Source: Podarcis gaigeae (lineage: Eukaryota). Taken from it: a DNA stretch of 64,000 nt. Made by a program: the position numbers and the translations under genes. The notes below the pieces were generated by a model that was given only the letters and a program-made list of their open reading frames with translations, searched no databases and had not been told where the DNA came from. This document shows positions 52,865 through 64,000 of the stretch, piece by piece (position 1 is the first letter of the stretch; every line of letters starts with the position of its first letter). The stretch lies in NCBI GenBank assembly GCA_964106915.2, contig OZ066916.1. One strand, 5' to 3'.

Positions 52865-53072
52865 AAGAAGGATATTGAGAAGCTGGAACGTGTGCAGACG
52901 AGGGCAACCAAGACGATTAAGGGTCTGGAAACCAAGCCTTATGAGGAATGGTTGAAGGAACTGGGTATGCTTAGCCTGAAAAAGAGGAGACTGAGAGGAG
53001 ATATGATAGCCGCCTTCAAATATCTCAATGGTTGTCACATGGGAGATGAAGCAAGCTTGTTTCCTCCTGCTC
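52865..53072 (+). mobile_element. CR1 LINE ORF2 3' fragment
   Basis: [50 protein letters not shown] is the typical CR1 C-terminus. Confidence 0.9.
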
Positions 53073-54842
53073 AGTCACATTTGGCTCTAAGATCAAAACT
53101 GTTAACATAAACGTTGGTCCCGCCAGCAACTTGATCTCAAACAGTGGATCCTTTGGTAGAGATTCTTGTTGTGCCTCTTGTCCAATGTTTTGGCACAGGT
53201 ATGTGACATTGTTCAATAAATGCCATGCCGATGCTGTGGTGACCATTCTAGAATCGTCCACATGAGCACCAGCCTATCTGTCTCCTTTTCAGGGCAATGC
53301 AACCATTGCAAGCGACCAGCGCCACAATGGCTGAAGGTAGGATGGGAAGTGCTTGAGGGCAGGAGGAGGGAGGTTTAATATTTCTTCCCACTAGGAAATA
53401 GTGGCAGGGGTGGTGGTTTCTTCTATCAGATATATGATGCTGTTTAGTGTTTTATGAGCCATCCTTCTGCAAACGGCTTCTACAAATGTGCTCCAAGGGG
53501 AACTAGAGCCTTGGATGAGCGCCATCTCATGTGGCTTGCCGAAGATTAAAATCTAAATGGACAAAATAAATACAGTCTCCAGCTCTCCTTCTTGCGTATG
53601 AATGAACAGCCTCATTCAGGGTTGGTTTTTTTAATGCAATGCCCCCCCCCAAAAAAAAATCCATGCCAGAGAAGTTAAATGGAGAGAACGACTGCTTCCA
53701 TTCTTATTTTCCTAAATGCACTGCATATTTAGAGTGGAAGTCTGATGTCTATACAAAACCTTTAGGGTGAAATAATTGCTTTAAGATGAGGACAGATCTT
53801 GTTGACAAGCATCTTTATAAGAGCACTTGGTTGAGGGAAGGCACAGCACTTTGGCAGAATGAATGTATGGGGAGATGGCGTTTTCAAAGCACCTTAGGGG
53901 AACAGGCTTTGTAAGACCAATAAGGGATAAACAGAGAGAGTAAGATCTATGGGTGTAGAGCAGGTGCAGGGAAGCTTTGGCTCTCTGCTTGTTGCTGAAC
54001 TGCAGCTCCCATCATCCCAGACCCATTGGCTATACTCTCAGGGACTGATGGGAGTTGTAGTTCAGCAACATGCGGTTGTTCACCAAAGGTTCCCCAGTCA
54101 TGCTGTAGACTGAGCATGGATGAGCAGCCAGTGGCTTTCTAGATGATGTTGGACTCCAACATAGCCAATGGCCCAATAGTATGAGAGTTGTAGTCCAACA
54201 TCTGGAAGACTACAGCCTCCCCGATTCTGCTCTAGGGTAACTGACATGGAACAGCCAGGCATCTGTTAAATCAGCAGCATGAGAAGGGACATCTGAATGC
54301 TGAGAGGAGTCAGGCTCATCGGATCAACAAGTGTGGAGGAAAGAGCCCAGTAAGGAGATGACCAGCAGCTAGATTCTGGGAACAGAAGATGGTAGAATGG
54401 TTGTGATGGGACAATCAAACCTGAATTCAAGGATCTGGTTACAAAGTAATACATAGGTGATAAAAATTTGGGCTTCATTTCCTTCACTGTATTGGAAGTC
54501 CATTTTTTTGGCATTTTGGGCAATATCTAGCTACTTCCGAAGAATACCTATTATGCACAACTGAAAGGCATTCTGTAAGCAGGACATGTTGGTTTGACTC
54601 ATATGTTGTAGTCCATCACACAAGCAAAGCATAAGCGATTTTCTACTACCATAATTGTCCACCAAAATCTAGCATATGGTTTATTACACACAGCACTTCT
54701 GTCCAGTATGGCAATGGGGGATGACAAATATTTGAAAACTCCAGATGTGGAACTAGGGTGGCTGCTTTTGCATTGCCAAGAAAGAGGAAAAGCATCAAGG
54801 GAAAAGAGGGCATGGATTTGTATAAATTTTGGGCATGCGAAT

Positions 54843-54881
54843 TCACGAAGAGTCGGACACGACTAAATGACTAAACAACAA
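54843..54881 (+). mobile_element. RTE/BovB-type 3' tail remnant
   Basis: tcacgaagagtcggacacgactaaatgactaaacaacaa. Confidence 0.7.
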
Positions 54882-56561
54882 AGTTAATACGTGCATATTT
54901 AGAAATAGAGAGTGGGGTTTAAATAGAAACAGGGTACCTAGTGGGCAAGACTATCAGCAAGAGGCCTGTGTGTCTCCTCAGCTTGCTCTCTGGGTGCTCA
55001 TTGTTGATGGGCAACTTCTAGGCCTTCCCACTCTTATGTTTGCTTATCTTTAAACCAAACTTCAGTTGGGCAAGTACGGAGGACATATGAAAAGCATGTA
55101 AAGCGGGACATGTGGCCAACCTGTGTGGAACAAAGCCATCATCCATACAACCCTCACCCCATTTCCGTGAGCTAATAGAGATCCACTTCTTACATCCCCA
55201 GTCTTCCAGCTGTTATCCATTTGGAACTGTTTACATTTTTACAGCACTGAACTTGTACTAAGAGGCTGGCTTCTGGCCATCATGAACGGTTGCCAAATGA
55301 TCTAAACTGTTTCTTTAAAGTCAGTAAACAGAGGTATTAGCATGCTATATAAAAGAGCAGGCACAGACTGGGATGCATCAGACTTCAAAATGGTTTTGGT
55401 GAACAGATTGAAGATGGGAGAATTCGCATGGCCTTCTTTTGTCCAATCAGCTGACGCCCCCCCCCCCCCGGCTGCCGCTTTACAGTGGAGCAAACGTGCA
55501 TCCTGATCTCCTGTTCAAGACACAGGATGGATAAGCATGCCTTGTAAAAAACCCAAATGCCACCTTCAAAATGCTTCAAAAGGTTTCAGGGCAGCAGCAG
55601 AAGCAGCCACCTGCATTGATTCATCTTATTTTTGTATATAAAGAGCATCAAAGTGTGATTTAATGAGTAAAAGCACATGGAGCCACAGATCAGGATTCTT
55701 TAATCCAGCCAGAAGGATCTGCCAAGTATGTACACTGTCCCTCCCCAGTCAGAAATTATTAAGAACTTTAGGGGATGGCAGTCATCTGCCCTCTGCAGAT
55801 GACTGCCATCACCTCAAGAAATATATTTCATTAACTGTTCTTTGATCCTGCAAGCCATTGGCCATGTGGCATAATGAGGAGAGACACATGGTGCTCAAAT
55901 CCAAGCTCTGCCACAATTCCACTGTCTTCTTTTCTCCATCTGGCCACAGTTATCCATGCTCTGGTAACATCCTGTCTGGCTTAATGCAACGTGTTATACA
56001 TAGAGCCGCCTTTGAAAAGGGGTTCAGAGGCTTTAGATAGCCCGCAATGCAGCAGCCAAAGTCTCTGCTCTCTCTCCTTGTGTATCTCACCTGTTTTGAC
56101 AGAACTTCACTGGCCGTCTACTTGCTTCTGGGTCCAATTCAAAGTGCTGGTACAATACTTACCTTTAAAGCACCAGATCACTTGAAGGATTGCCTCCTCC
56201 CATATCAGTCTGTCTGCACACTAAAATCATTGACTGATGCCCTTCTCCAAACATGGTCTCTTTCGGAAAGGTGACGCTTGTATCTCCAGCGAACTGGGCT
56301 GTTTTGGTAGTGGCACCTCAGCTACTGAATACCTCTCCCAGTAAGGTATGTCTTGGCACCAGCTGTTCTCTAGGTGCCAGGCAAAACAATGAAAAATGAC
56401 AATCCATTTTAAATACCTTAAATATGTTAAACTCCTAAAGCCCGCTTGCTACATTTGTTTCTTGCTATTTGACTTGCTTTTAATTTCATTTTTTGTAGCA
56501 AAACCATTGTCTAAAATCGGTTTTCAATAAATAAATGAAAATAGGCAACATGGAAGTATTA

Positions 56562-56922
56562 AAAGGTAAAGGTAAAGGTACCCCTGCCCGTACGGGCCAG
56601 CCTTGCCAGACTCTGGGGTTGTGCGCCCATCTCACTCAAGAGGCCAGGGGCCAGCACTGTCCGAAGACACTTCCGGGTCACGTGGCCAGCGTGACATCGC
56701 TGCTCTGGCGAGCCAGAGCTGCACACGGAAATGCCGTTTACCTTCCCGCTAGAAAGCGGTCCCTATTTATCTACTTGCACCCGGAGGTGCTTTCGAACTA
56801 CTAGGTTGGCAGGTGCTGGGACCGAGCAACGGGAGCGCACCCCGCCGCGGGGATTCGAACCGCTGACCTTTCGATCGGCAAGCCCTAGGCACTGAGGCTT
56901 TTACCCACAGCGCCACCCGCGT
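56562..56922 (-). mobile_element. Sauria SINE (second subfamily)
   Basis: Highly similar to 59238-59595; head lacks the terminal ggg; no TSD found. Confidence 0.92.
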
Positions 56923-57528
56923 TAGAGACCTGCAAAACAAGGTTGTTGGAAGATGGTCTCAGCGCTGACCAAGACCGTATGGCAGATTATTTGGAAAGGA
57001 AAAACTTTGCCACAAAGGAGTGTGTGATGGACCCAACTGCTGTGCCTCTGGCTAACGCGAAGAGTGGCAGCCACAGAGTTCATTGTTACGATATGAGAAC
57101 AACGCAGCTGCAAACTACCAACTTGGTGAAAACATCACATGATGTGACTAGCTGTGGGAAAGAATCTTCCCGGAAGTTCACAGGCTTCGAGAGTCTTTGC
57201 TGTGTGTGTAATATGAGACCTTCCTGTTGCGTATGTAAGGGAAGTCTTTGTCACTTGCTTGCTGAACACTGAACTGTTCGGTCATGTTTTCTGTAGTGCT
57301 GCAAAGTGAGAAATAAAGAGATGTAAATAGACTTTCTGACTACCGGTATCTCCTTTCCCTGCTAGGGATGCAAGGAGGGAGGGGGTGTGCATTTTCCATG
57401 CTGGGAAATGTCGCCTATCAAGATCTTCCTTGACTGCAGGGATGCCAGCCAGGGCAGATCACCGGTAAACAAGCTCCGGGAACCGACGAGGGGGGCCAGC
57501 CTCTCCTGAGGGGGCTTGTTTTACAACA
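56923..57528 (+). mobile_element. Putative solo LTR (5' boundary uncertain)
   Basis: tgttg at 56944 and caaca end at 57528; internal AATAAA at 57312; no TSD found. Confidence 0.4.
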
Positions 57529-58063
57529 TTCATAACACAGCACACATACCATTCAAACAAGACATAACTAACAAAGAGCTGAGTGGGACCTGTGATGGAC
57601 ACCTCTGAGCTCAAGGCCTTCTCCTATACCTGCCCAGTTTTTTAAGATATTCATCTGAGGTCTTTCTCTGGGTGCCTCAGCCTTTCAGATATCAGGCATG
57701 TGGCAAGCAGAGAAAAGGCCCTTTCTGTGTTGCTGCCACATCTGGAATGCCCTCCCCAGGATGGAACCTATATTTGTGTCATTTAAATGCCCACTTAAGG
57801 CTTTTGTGGTCTCCAGGACTATGGATGGGTTGCTGCGACCTGCTTTTTAAAATATTTTTTACCATTTCTGTGTTGACTGTACCATTAATCTCTGCTGCTG
57901 TGTCTAACAGGAACAGCCTCTTCATTTAGGTTCTGTTTACATTTTGTTTGTTTATAATATTTTGCTCTTAGGGTTATTTTATCGTGTTATGTTTACAGTG
58001 GATCTTTATTACTTTATTTGTGATGAGCAGTTTTGTAATCAGATAAATCACGCATATGCTTCA

Positions 58064-58107
58064 CAACCAACCAACCAACCAACCAACCAACCAACCAACC
58101 AACCAAC
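58064..58107. repeat. (AACC)n microsatellite
   Basis: Seen directly. Confidence 0.95.
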
Positions 58108-59237
58108 AATAAACAAGTCCCATATCCTTGACATTCATTATTGGACTTGGCCTAGTCATTAGCCTCATTTGGACAAGCAAATCTCAGTTTAATAAGCAGA
58201 TATATAGATTACCATAGCTCAAGGGTAGAGCATCTGCTTTGCCTGCAGAGTGCCAGGTTAAATCCTGGCATCTTCAGGAAGATTAAAGTGTCCCATGTCT
58301 GAAACCCTGGAGAGCTGCTGCCAGCCAGTGTCTGACTCTGTAAAAGGCAGTTGCCTGTGTTGCTCCCATATGCAGCCACTTTGTCCTGCAAGCAAGAAAA
58401 CAAGTCAGGAAGCCACAGCTAATCATAGGTTTCCATTATGTTGAACTGGGAAGCTATGGTTAATGGCTTTCAAACAAGCCAGTGTATAAAGACATAGTTT
58501 AAAATCTGGCTTCTGTGTCAGGAAGCCATTAGCCATAGTTCCTGATTTGGATATAGCAGGATGTGATGGCTAATTGTGGCTTCCCATCTCACATTTACCC
58601 ACTCATGTGAAGGAACAAAGCAGGCATGTGTGGATATGTGAAGCTAATTTATATCTGTTTATTAAGCTGAGATTAGATCATCGTGAAAGGCCAGCAAAAA
58701 GGATAGATATTTCTTATTTTTAATGCCAGATAAAGGCGTATGTGGTGTTCTACCTCAGGTGCGCAGGGATGTCTGAGTGTGACATTTGCTTCTCTGTCTC
58801 AGGTATCGTAATGTCTTAGGCTGTAAATATTAACAAAGTTCTGGCTTCAGTTGTCCTTTCTTATTCCAGCAAACTCCCTGGGCACTGGCAACTCAATGCC
58901 ATGTGAAGCAATTTACCCAGAATAGAGTTTGGTCACATTTTCCCACATCCAGACCAAAAATAGACCCGTCCCAACCGGGAAAAGTCACAAAACTTGTTTA
59001 TTTTGCCTCACGACCAGAATGTAAAACCGTATCGTCAATTCCATTCCCCACACCTCCACTTTTTCTTTTTTCAGTTTTAGGCTTGATCAACGTTCCCGCA
59101 CCCCGGAGCACAGAAGTGAGCAATGGGCATTGCCAAATCAAATTTCTATTTCAGACCATTTAGAAGGGTAGTCAATTAATTAAATGTTTGAATCATTGTG
59201 TTAAAAAAAAAAAAGAGTCAGATTACAATAATGAATA

Positions 59238-59595
59238 AAGGTAAAGGTACCCCTGCCCGTACGGGCTAGTCGTGTCCGACTCTGGGGTTGTGCGCCCATC
59301 TCACTTAAGAGGCCGGGGGCCAGCGCTGTCCGAAGACACTTCCGGGTCACGTGGCCAGCGTGACAAAGCTGCATCTGGCGAGCCAGCACAGCACACGGAA
59401 ACGCCGTTTACCTTCCCGCCAGTAAGCGGTCCCTATTTATCTACTTGCACCCGGGGGTGCTTTCGAACTGCTAGGTTGGCAGGCGCTGGGACCGAGCAAC
59501 GGGAGAGCACCCCGCCACGGGGATTCGAACCGCCGACCTTTCGATCGGCAAGCCCTAGGCACTGAGGCTTTTACCCACAGCACCACCCGCGTCCC
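59238..59595 (-). mobile_element. Full-length Sauria SINE (second subfamily)
   Basis: 14-bp TSD tacaataatgaata (59224-59237, 59596-59609). Confidence 0.95.
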
Positions 59596-60178
59596 TACAA
59601 TAATGAATAGCTCTACTTTAATGAATGGTAGATAATACAGAAAAGAGAACATAATAAATTGAAAGAAATGACAACAACCAAGTGTGTTGTTTGTTCAGAA
59701 TGTAACACTGCTCTCTATGCCTGGAATTTGCTTGGATGGGCCACATGGAGAAGCCTCATCTTTCCAATGTTTATTTTCACTACCAAATATCACCACCACT
59801 CCTCTCTCTAAAATAAACGCCCCTTATAGCAAGAAGTGGCTCACAGTTGGAAATGGGACTTGTATTCCTGAAGGGCTAGTGCCTTGCAGAGGTGCAATGT
59901 TTATTTTCCATAGGGAGAAAGCTTTCGCCCACCCCCACAGACGCCCATCTGGGCAAGGCACTGTGTAAGCAAAAGGAGCAAGAAAGCAATTGCGCCCTTG
60001 GCAAAAGTTACATGTCAGAACCTGGTGACTCAAAAGCTTTGGTTTCTTGCACAGATCTGCTTAACATTCTGGTCGTCTGTGAGGTATTATGAAGACATGG
60101 TACAGAAGGAAGTTCTACAGAAATCAATGGGGCTTACTCCCATGTAAGTGGGTATAGGCTTGCTGCCTAACACCATGC

Positions 60179-60678
60179 TGTGGTGATCACACAGGGTCCC
60201 CAGACGTTTGACAGTCTATTGATCCCTGTGCCACCACTGTGATTGCTTCCTCGCTGCCACCAACCCGTTTCTTTCGGGTACACACGGAGTCCAGACAGTT
60301 GTTAATATTAAACCAAATAAACAAGTTTATTTTATAAGCATTAACAAGTTTATGGTTTCAGATAATTTTTCTTGTCAGTTTCTTAATCTTAGTTTCTTTA
60401 CCGGCCTATACCTTCCTAATAACTTCTAACTGATTATCCCAACTGTCTATCTGACTCCTCTTAACAGATTCTCTCACTCTCTCACATCAAACTATCCCAA
60501 CCCACAGACTTATTTATACTCCCTCTCTCTTCTCTAACACCTGACTGACTCCTTAACAACACTAAATCTAACTCTAACTCCTCCCCTTGGGTTCCCACTT
60601 GCCAATCACTTCACACTCATTTAACCCTTTCCTTATGACCCTTATGATGTCACATGATGTCACACCCAGGATGCCACA
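60179..60678 (-). mobile_element. Solo LTR, 500 bp
   Basis: Inverted termini TGTGG...CCACA; perfect 5-bp TSD catgc (60174-60178, 60679-60683); tttatt near 60326 gives AATAAA on the minus strand (strand inferred). Confidence 0.85.
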
Positions 60679-62922
60679 CATGCACTCATGCATTCACTTG
60701 CAGTCCCAGAGATCTTCCAAATCCCTACCCTTACTTCCTGCCCTACATCTTTGAGAGTTGGAAATCAAGGATTTATACAACGGTGGCTGTGCACTAGTGA
60801 AATGCACAGGCACATATCCTCCAACATTTCTCCAATGAAAATAGGGACATCCTAGGCACCAAATTGTCCTCGGTCCTGTCTACCTACTGCAAGTCCTCTA
60901 TGCCTTCTTATCCAGAGGGTCCCCCAACCCGCAGGAACCACCTTTTAGGTGAGACAGAGGCTGCAGTGACTAAGAGGGATCAGTGGACATTGGGTGCTCT
61001 GTCTCGTACAAGCAGAAGTGCTTCACATCAAGGAAAATCCAGCATTGGATAAAACCCTATGAAAGTAGATGGGAGGGGGGAATAGCCAGGGAGATCTGCA
61101 ATCAAAGGCAAGGAAGGTTAGCTCCTTGCTTTCTCGGTGTTACAGCGTCATTGTTCTTCCATATTTTTTAATACATATATATACACATCTTTTATAAGCA
61201 GACCTCCATGCATCAAGGACCATCTACACTGAGCTGGCAGGGAAATGATGTGTTATAAACATGAATGAAAGTGACCATTAAATTTCCTCTTCAATAGGAG
61301 TTCATTTTAAGCTTGTCTTTGCTTATGAATTATTTACAAAGAATGCTGTTTAAACTTTTGCTCTGTATGCTTTCTCATAACCTAAAGCAGATTGCCTAAT
61401 GCAATTTCTATCCTGTTCCTTTTTTAAAAAAAAGCTGACCTTAAGATGGCTACTAATTATTATTGTGGAAGGAAGAAAGAAGGACATCAAATTTCCAGGA
61501 CAGGCACATATCCCTAATCTGATTTTTACCTATAATCAAATAACCTATGATCAATTCTGAAATATATTTTATTTTTATTTCATTATTATATTACCATTTA
61601 TTACATGACCTTTCCCTAATGTAATAGGGTGAATTACAACAATTAAAACTCAACATTGAATTGTTTCTGCTCTGTCCCTCTTTCTACAGACACCCATTAA
61701 AGTCCTCAGGGTGCATCACTGTATTGACAATTTCATCTGTCCTTTTGGAAGACCATGAAGTTGAACTGGGTCATCGTGGGACAGTCAGTTCATTCAGCTA
61801 GCATCACTATTGATATTTGAAAGTGATAAGAAGTTGCCATAGAAAGATAAGTTAACCCAAACCCAGCACCTGCAGGCACCATGCACCCATGAAGACTGAG
61901 CTCTCATTTAGAAAAAGTAAGTCTCTAGCCCTCCTAGGATGTTATGAGGTAAAGTGTGGAGGTACCTAGTGATTCATGTGAAATGAGCGTGGTGTGGTTG
62001 CTTTGTCTATTGTTCCTGGTACTGAGGAATGCTCCATGATGGTCATAGACACCAATAGGATTAGTCAGAGTGTATATGTGAGAGACCTTCATAATGAGGA
62101 CCAGCTGGACACAGATGATTTCCCACTGTAAGCAAACGGTCACTTGGGGTGGTAGTCTCGCTCATTTTGGGTTCTGTCCTGCTCCCTATGGCAGCCATTT
62201 TGTGTTACGCCACACTCTGCAGCAGCCATCTTGTGTTATGTGCGCCCCCAGGACTATCAAAATTCAAAACATGATCATTATCCAAGAAGGTTGGTGATCC
62301 TCGAGTTAACCTTTATGATTGCTGCAAAATAATTAATTTGCAGGTCAACTTGAAAGAAGCATATGGGGTTGACCTTGGCTTCAGAGAACAGTAGTATTGT
62401 TTCATTGCCGTTAAAAGCAAAGGAAGACAGACTGTTGGCACCACCAGACAAGCAAGGAAAGGCTTATTGAGTTAATAAGGCATAGCATGCTTGGGACTGT
62501 GTGATTATGCATTGGGTTGTACTCAGTGTCGGAATAGGCGGGTCAAAAAGCCAGCTGACTCGGCCCCAGCTGGAGTGTCTCCCCTCAGCCTTGCCGTTGA
62601 GGAGATCCATAGACCTCTGCTCCGACATGCATCAGTGACTCAAGCTTGCAGACTTGAGCACACTATACTCAGCAGTGTAAGCTGTGCAACAGAAGAGGCT
62701 TGAGGCTGTAGACACATACTAAACTACGCATTTATTATACATAAATCAGGACAAAGAAAACATGGCATCTCTCCTTGCCGTCTTCTCGGAGAGACTGAAA
62801 AGCAAAAGCAATAGAGAGTGGAATTTCCGCTCACGCCGGCAATCAGTGCTGGAACGTAAACAGACATGTGACATGGAACAATCCCATGTTTGCAGCAAAG
62901 GGTGGAATGGCATTCCCAACAC

Positions 62923-63046
62923 TCAGTGCTATTTTTCTTGAAAAATAGGTGCCAGAACTCACCATAAATGCCTCCCTTCTCAATATCACCCACCTGAGAG
63001 GTGCCGGAACTGAGTTCCAGTGAGTTCTGGCTGAAAAAAGCCTTGG
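62923..63046 (-). mobile_element. hAT-like MITE, relative of 18683-18808
   Basis: cagtgctatttttcttgaaaaataggtgccagaactc...ggctgaaaaaagccttg. Confidence 0.65.
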
Positions 63047-64000
63047 TTGTACTGTGTTTTCTTTGGTTGGTGGTTGTAATTGAAAAAATGAATAAAGAAA
63101 TGCTAAAAAGGTGGGGGTCAGCATTATTTGACCTATAGGAGATATTAAATGTTGCACTCTCCATACTTCCTCCACCAAAATAGTTTTTGTATCATGGCAG
63201 GAACTATTAATGTTTTAGATGTTAGCATACTTAGCATGGAAGATTCACTCAGCATTTCCAGAAGTATGAAAAAGTAGCTGGTTTTTAAGCAGCAATTCAA
63301 TCCAAATTAAAGCTAAGAGCCATATCATCTATATAAAATACAAATGTGCCGAAGGAGCAGAAGTTTGCACCAGAAGAATGTTCTCAAAGTTTCATTAAAA
63401 CTTACTTCCCTGAATTGGCAAGAAGAATAACTGATGACATCTAATGAGAATATGTAGAATAAGGGAGTTACTGGAGGGAGTCCTAGTCCAAGAAATCAGG
63501 GCTGCAATCCTGCTGAGCTATGGCTTGGGCAAAGTCTGGGAAAGGGTGTAGGGCACAGGGAAGACATGCAGCCAGCTATGTCTTGGAAGTTTACACTAGT
63601 TAATTTATGCCTAGGTATCTCTGTGGAAATAGTGCATCTCTAAAATTTATAATGTGCTGATACAAAATGCATCACACCCCAAGCATGCTTTGGGGAGTTT
63701 GCTTATACAGTACTCATTTCTCAATATAATGTACGGTATTTCTCGCAGCAGTGCTTTGGGCTACCATTCTAAAATGACTTGTGTAATTGTGGCATATTGT
63801 TAAGTATTTCCTAGGGTGGCAGTTTCAGGCAACTATGTTATGTACAGGTTGAGGAACCAAACTAGAAAAGAGCTCCAAGAAAGACAACCTCACTCACCTC
63901 TCACACTGCTTTTGATGCCAAAACTGGGTGTTTAAGGATGTGGCTCCATTATACAGCTTTAAACATGAACAAGCCGTCTGCTTGCATTGCCATTAGTCAT

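Noticed and set aside
41000-64000. Exons of the expected downstream neighbour TASP1 (mammalian synteny SPTLC3-ISM1-TASP1)
   Set aside because: No TASP1-like peptide seen in the ORF track or by eye; short exons could have been missed

Overview
Vertebrate genomic DNA, almost certainly a squamate and probably a lacertid lizard (inferred from Sauria SINEs and squamate-type repeats). It contains one complete protein-coding gene, ISM1 (isthmin-1), on the + strand. The six coding exons are 11634-11756, 29547-29786, 32169-32442, 33482-33625, 36297-36386 and 38155-38672, all with GT-AG introns and consistent phases, giving 1389 nt = 462 aa (signal peptide, TSP1 repeat, AMOP domain). Exon 1 lies in a ~1.5 kb CpG island. 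The rest is intronic/intergenic DNA rich in mobile elements: Sauria and other tRNA-derived SINEs, L1/L2/CR1/BovB fragments, Penelope-like elements, Tc1/mariner, hAT and PIF-like MITEs, and solo LTRs. I see no wholly new biological system. The most interesting observations are (i) two minimal hammerhead-ribozyme motifs carried by Penelope-like elements in ISM1 introns, one inside a 71-bp near-perfect inverted repeat with a 13-bp TSD; (ii) RKN in place of the mammalian integrin-binding RKD motif of ISM1; (iii) long uORFs and an open in-frame 5' extension upstream of the ISM1 ATG; (iv) an unrecognised poly(A)/TSD retro-insertion, a TSD-flanked solo LTR and nested transposon stacks; and (v) a few candidate enhancers.
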